The position numbers and the translations under genes are program-made. Shown in pieces: positions 62,003 through 64,000 of a stretch of DNA of 64,000 bases (position 1 is its first letter; each line of letters opens with the position of its first letter). The stretch covers positions 6,526-70,525 of the forward strand of contig JBGPGO010000015.1 of the NCBI GenBank assembly GCA_041483895.1, in the 5' to 3' direction. The notes beneath the pieces were generated by a model. That model was not told where the DNA came from. It saw only the letters and a list, made by a program, of their open reading frames with translations, and made no database searches. The DNA comes from Fimbriimonadia bacterium. Its GTDB lineage: Bacteria > Armatimonadota > Fimbriimonadia > Fimbriimonadales > JABRVX01.

Positions 62003-64000
62003 ATGTTCCCCCTGATCATCCTCATGCTCACCCAAATCCCTCCGAAAACCCTCCCCCCGGTGCCGAGCGCAAGGCAGCTCGCCTGGCACCAGATGGAGTT
62101 CTACGCCTTTGTCCACTTCGGCATGAACACCTTCACCGACCGGGAGTGGGGCCAAGGGACCGAGCCCGAGAGCCTGTTCAACCCCAGTCACCTCGACTGC
62201 CGCCAGTGGGTCCGCGCCTTCAAGGCCGCCGGGATGAAGGGCGTCATCATCACCGCCAAACACCACGACGGATTCTGCCTCTGGCCCTCCAAATACACCG
62301 AGCATTCCGTGAAGAACAGCCCTTGGAAGGGGGACGTGTTGCGCGAGCTGTCCGACGCCTGCAAGGAGTACGGTCTGAAGTTGGGCGTCTACGTCTCGCC
62401 CTGGGACCGCAACCAACCCGTCTATGGCGATTCGCCCAAATACAACGAATATTTTAGGAACCAGCTTCGCGAAGTGCTGACCCACTACGGCCCCATCTTC
62501 GAGGTCTGGTTCGACGGCGCGAACGGCGAGGGACCGAACGGCAAGCGCCAAGTATACGACTGGCCCGGCTACATAAAAGTGGTGCGCGAGTGCCAGCCGA
62601 ACGCCGTCATCTTTAGCGACGCGGGGCCGGACGTGCGGTGGGTCGGCAACGAGGACGGCTACGCGGCCGCCACTAATTGGTGCATGCTCAATCGCGACCA
62701 GTTCTATCCCGGCGGGCCGGGGTCGGAGCAGTTGCCGATGGGTCACGAGGACGGGACGCATTGGGTGCCAGCGGAGTGCGATGTCTCCATCCGCCCAGGC
62801 TGGTTTTATCACGCCGGCGAGGACGCGCGGGTGAAGACGGTGCCGGAGCTTCTGGACATCTACTATGCGTCGGTCGGGCAGAACGGCTCTTTTTTGCTCA
62901 ATGTTCCGGCGGATAAACGTGGGCTGATTGCCGACGTGGATGTCGCGCGATTGGCGGCTTTCCGGCATGCGCTGGATGAGACGTTCAAGACCGATTTGGC
63001 GCGCGGGGCAAAGGCGACGGCAAGCAGTGCGCGGAAGGGCTTCCCCGCTTCCAATGCGACCGATCAGTCCGATCAGTCCTATTGGGCCGCAAAGGACGGT
63101 GTCACCGAAGCAACGCTTACTCTGGATATGCGGAAACCGCAGACATTCAACCGCATCGTCCTGCAGGAATCCATCGCGCTGGGCCAGCGGGTGAAGTCGT
63201 TTACCATCGAATACTACAAGGGCGGAAAATGGCAGACGCTGGCGGATGGCACGACGATAGGCCACAAGCGCATCTTCCGCACCAAAACAACTACGGCGCA
63301 GAAGGTGCGGCTGGTCATCCACGACGCCCGCGCCTGTCCGACCATCTCCACCTTTGCACTCTATGCCGCCCCGCCGACCGTTGATATCGAGGGCACAACG
63401 GATTTCATCGATTCGACCATGGTGACGCTCCTGTCCGACTTCCCCGGCGCAACGATTTTCTACTCGGCCGATGGATCGGATGCAACCAAGGGGTCAGTGA
63501 AATACACCGGTCCGTTTCGACTGACGAAATCAGGGACCGTAAGGGTGGTGGTGTACTACCACAATGTCGGCAGCCTTTCGACGGCGATGCAGAAATTCAC
63601 ACGATACGAGAAGGCCGACCTGCGCCCAGCCATCGTCTTCGTCCGCGCGCCGGATGAGGGCTTGCGCTACGCCTATTACGAGGGCGGCTGGCAGCACCTG
63701 GGCGACATGACAAAACACACACCGGTTCTGGTAAAGACCACGCCGGATTTCAGCATAAGGGTCCGGAAGCGGGACGAGAACTTTGGCCTGCGCTTCACCG
63801 GCTTTATCAACGTCCCGACCGACGGCATCTACACGTTCTACACCGCGAGCGACGACGGCAGTCGGCTGTCAATCGGCGACAAACTGGTGGTGGATAACGA
63901 CGGTCTGCATGGGATGGTGGAGAAGTCCGGCGTCATCGGCCTGCGCGCGGGTTTCCATCCGATAACGGTGGACTATTTCAACCTGAGCGGCGGCCTGGGG
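62003..64000 (+). CDS. GH29 alpha-L-fucosidase with F5/8 type C and PA14-like C-terminal domains (3' end outside window)
   Basis: Absent from the supplied track. My own translation from ATG 62003 gives 666 codons with no stop up to the window end. AWHQMEFYAFVHFGMNTF, ITAKHHDGFCLWPS, EVWFDGANGEG (GH29). KATASS..NATD..YWAA (discoidin-like). GLRFTGFINVPTDGIYTFYTASDDGSRLSIG (PA14-like). Confidence 0.9.
   Translation, partial: MFPLIILMLTQIPPKTLPPVPSARQLAWHQMEFYAFVHFGMNTFTDREWGQGTEPESLFNPSHLDCRQWVRAFKAAGMKGVIITAKHHDGFCLWPSKYTEHSVKNSPWKGDVLRELSDACKEYGLKLGVYVSPWDRNQPVYGDSPKYNEYFRNQLREVLTHYGPIFEVWFDGANGEGPNGKRQVYDWPGYIKVVRECQPNAVIFSDAGPDVRWVGNEDGYAAATNWCMLNRDQFYPGGPGSEQLPMGHEDGTHWVPAECDVSIRPGWFYHAGEDARVKTVPELLDIYYASVGQNGSFLLNVPADKRGLIADVDVARLAAFRHALDETFKTDLARGAKATASSARKGFPASNATDQSDQSYWAAKDGVTEATLTLDMRKPQTFNRIVLQESIALGQRVKSFTIEYYKGGKWQTLADGTTIGHKRIFRTKTTTAQKVRLVIHDARACPTISTFALYAAPPTVDIEGTTDFIDSTMVTLLSDFPGATIFYSADGSDATKGSVKYTGPFRLTKSGTVRVVVYYHNVGSLSTAMQKFTRYEKADLRPAIVFVRAPDEGLRYAYYEGGWQHLGDMTKHTPVLVKTTPDFSIRVRKRDENFGLRFTGFINVPTDGIYTFYTASDDGSRLSIGDKLVVDNDGLHGMVEKSGVIGLRAGFHPITVDYFNLSGGLG

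Noticed and set aside
63061-63078. Tandem 9-bp duplication GATCAGTCC x2 inside the fucosidase gene (DQS-DQS)
   Set aside because: It has only two units, is in frame, and lies in a linker-like region. It is probably a trivial slippage duplication and is not a phase-variation tract.
61886-63322. 478-aa minus-strand ORF
   Set aside because: It is antisense to the clearly recognisable GH29 fucosidase. The peptide is low-complexity with no motifs, a typical antisense ORF of GC-rich DNA.

Overview
64-kb stretch of a high-GC bacterial chromosome. Hand-counted 60-nt lines in ordinary genes give about 57-65% GC. Gene content (DUF1559 prepilin-like protein, PEP-CTERM protein, many secreted glycan-degrading enzymes, Rieske/cytochrome b with a multihaem cytochrome c) suggests a PVC-group or Armatimonadota-like heterotroph, but that is only a guess. 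I can support about 60 protein genes, 2 tRNAs (Ala-CGC, Gln-CUG, both with encoded CCA), 2 pseudogenes and several repeat families. All family names come from motif recognition by eye; no database search was run. Core content: thiolase, ABC-F ATPase, Tpx, a five-gene heavy-metal-type RND efflux operon, glnS, an ArsR-led stress operon, a Rieske/cyt b/nonahaem cyt c operon, a TetR/VOC/persulfide-dioxygenase-like cluster, a sugar ABC transporter, and glycan enzymes (GH172, GH38-like, GH116, sialate O-acetylesterase, GalM, GH29 fucosidase). Accessory content: a very low-GC patch between glnS and tRNA-Gln holding a nonsense-interrupted PD-(D/E)xK gene; two tandem paralogous secreted proteins of unknown family; a small nucleotidyltransferase cassette next to a decayed DUF899 gene; and a roughly 9.3-kb accessory segment (52.7-62.0 kb) wedged between glycan-degradation genes. 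That segment holds ParDE, three copies of a 23-bp palindrome, an unknown internally duplicated protein, and a low-GC module. The module is the best candidate for an undescribed system: a 733-aa GHKL-type ATPase fused to an RHH-like segment, an AT-hook and a sigma-70 region-4 HTH, lying convergent to a BglII-like type II restriction-modification pair. Next to it sits a Dam-like methyltransferase bracketed by perfect 19-bp direct repeats. Other notable points: a GC-rich hairpin repeat sits in frame inside an ABC ATPase gene, and the GH29 fucosidase gene is missing from the ORF track because it runs off the window end. No CRISPR array, rRNA, integrase or transposase was seen.
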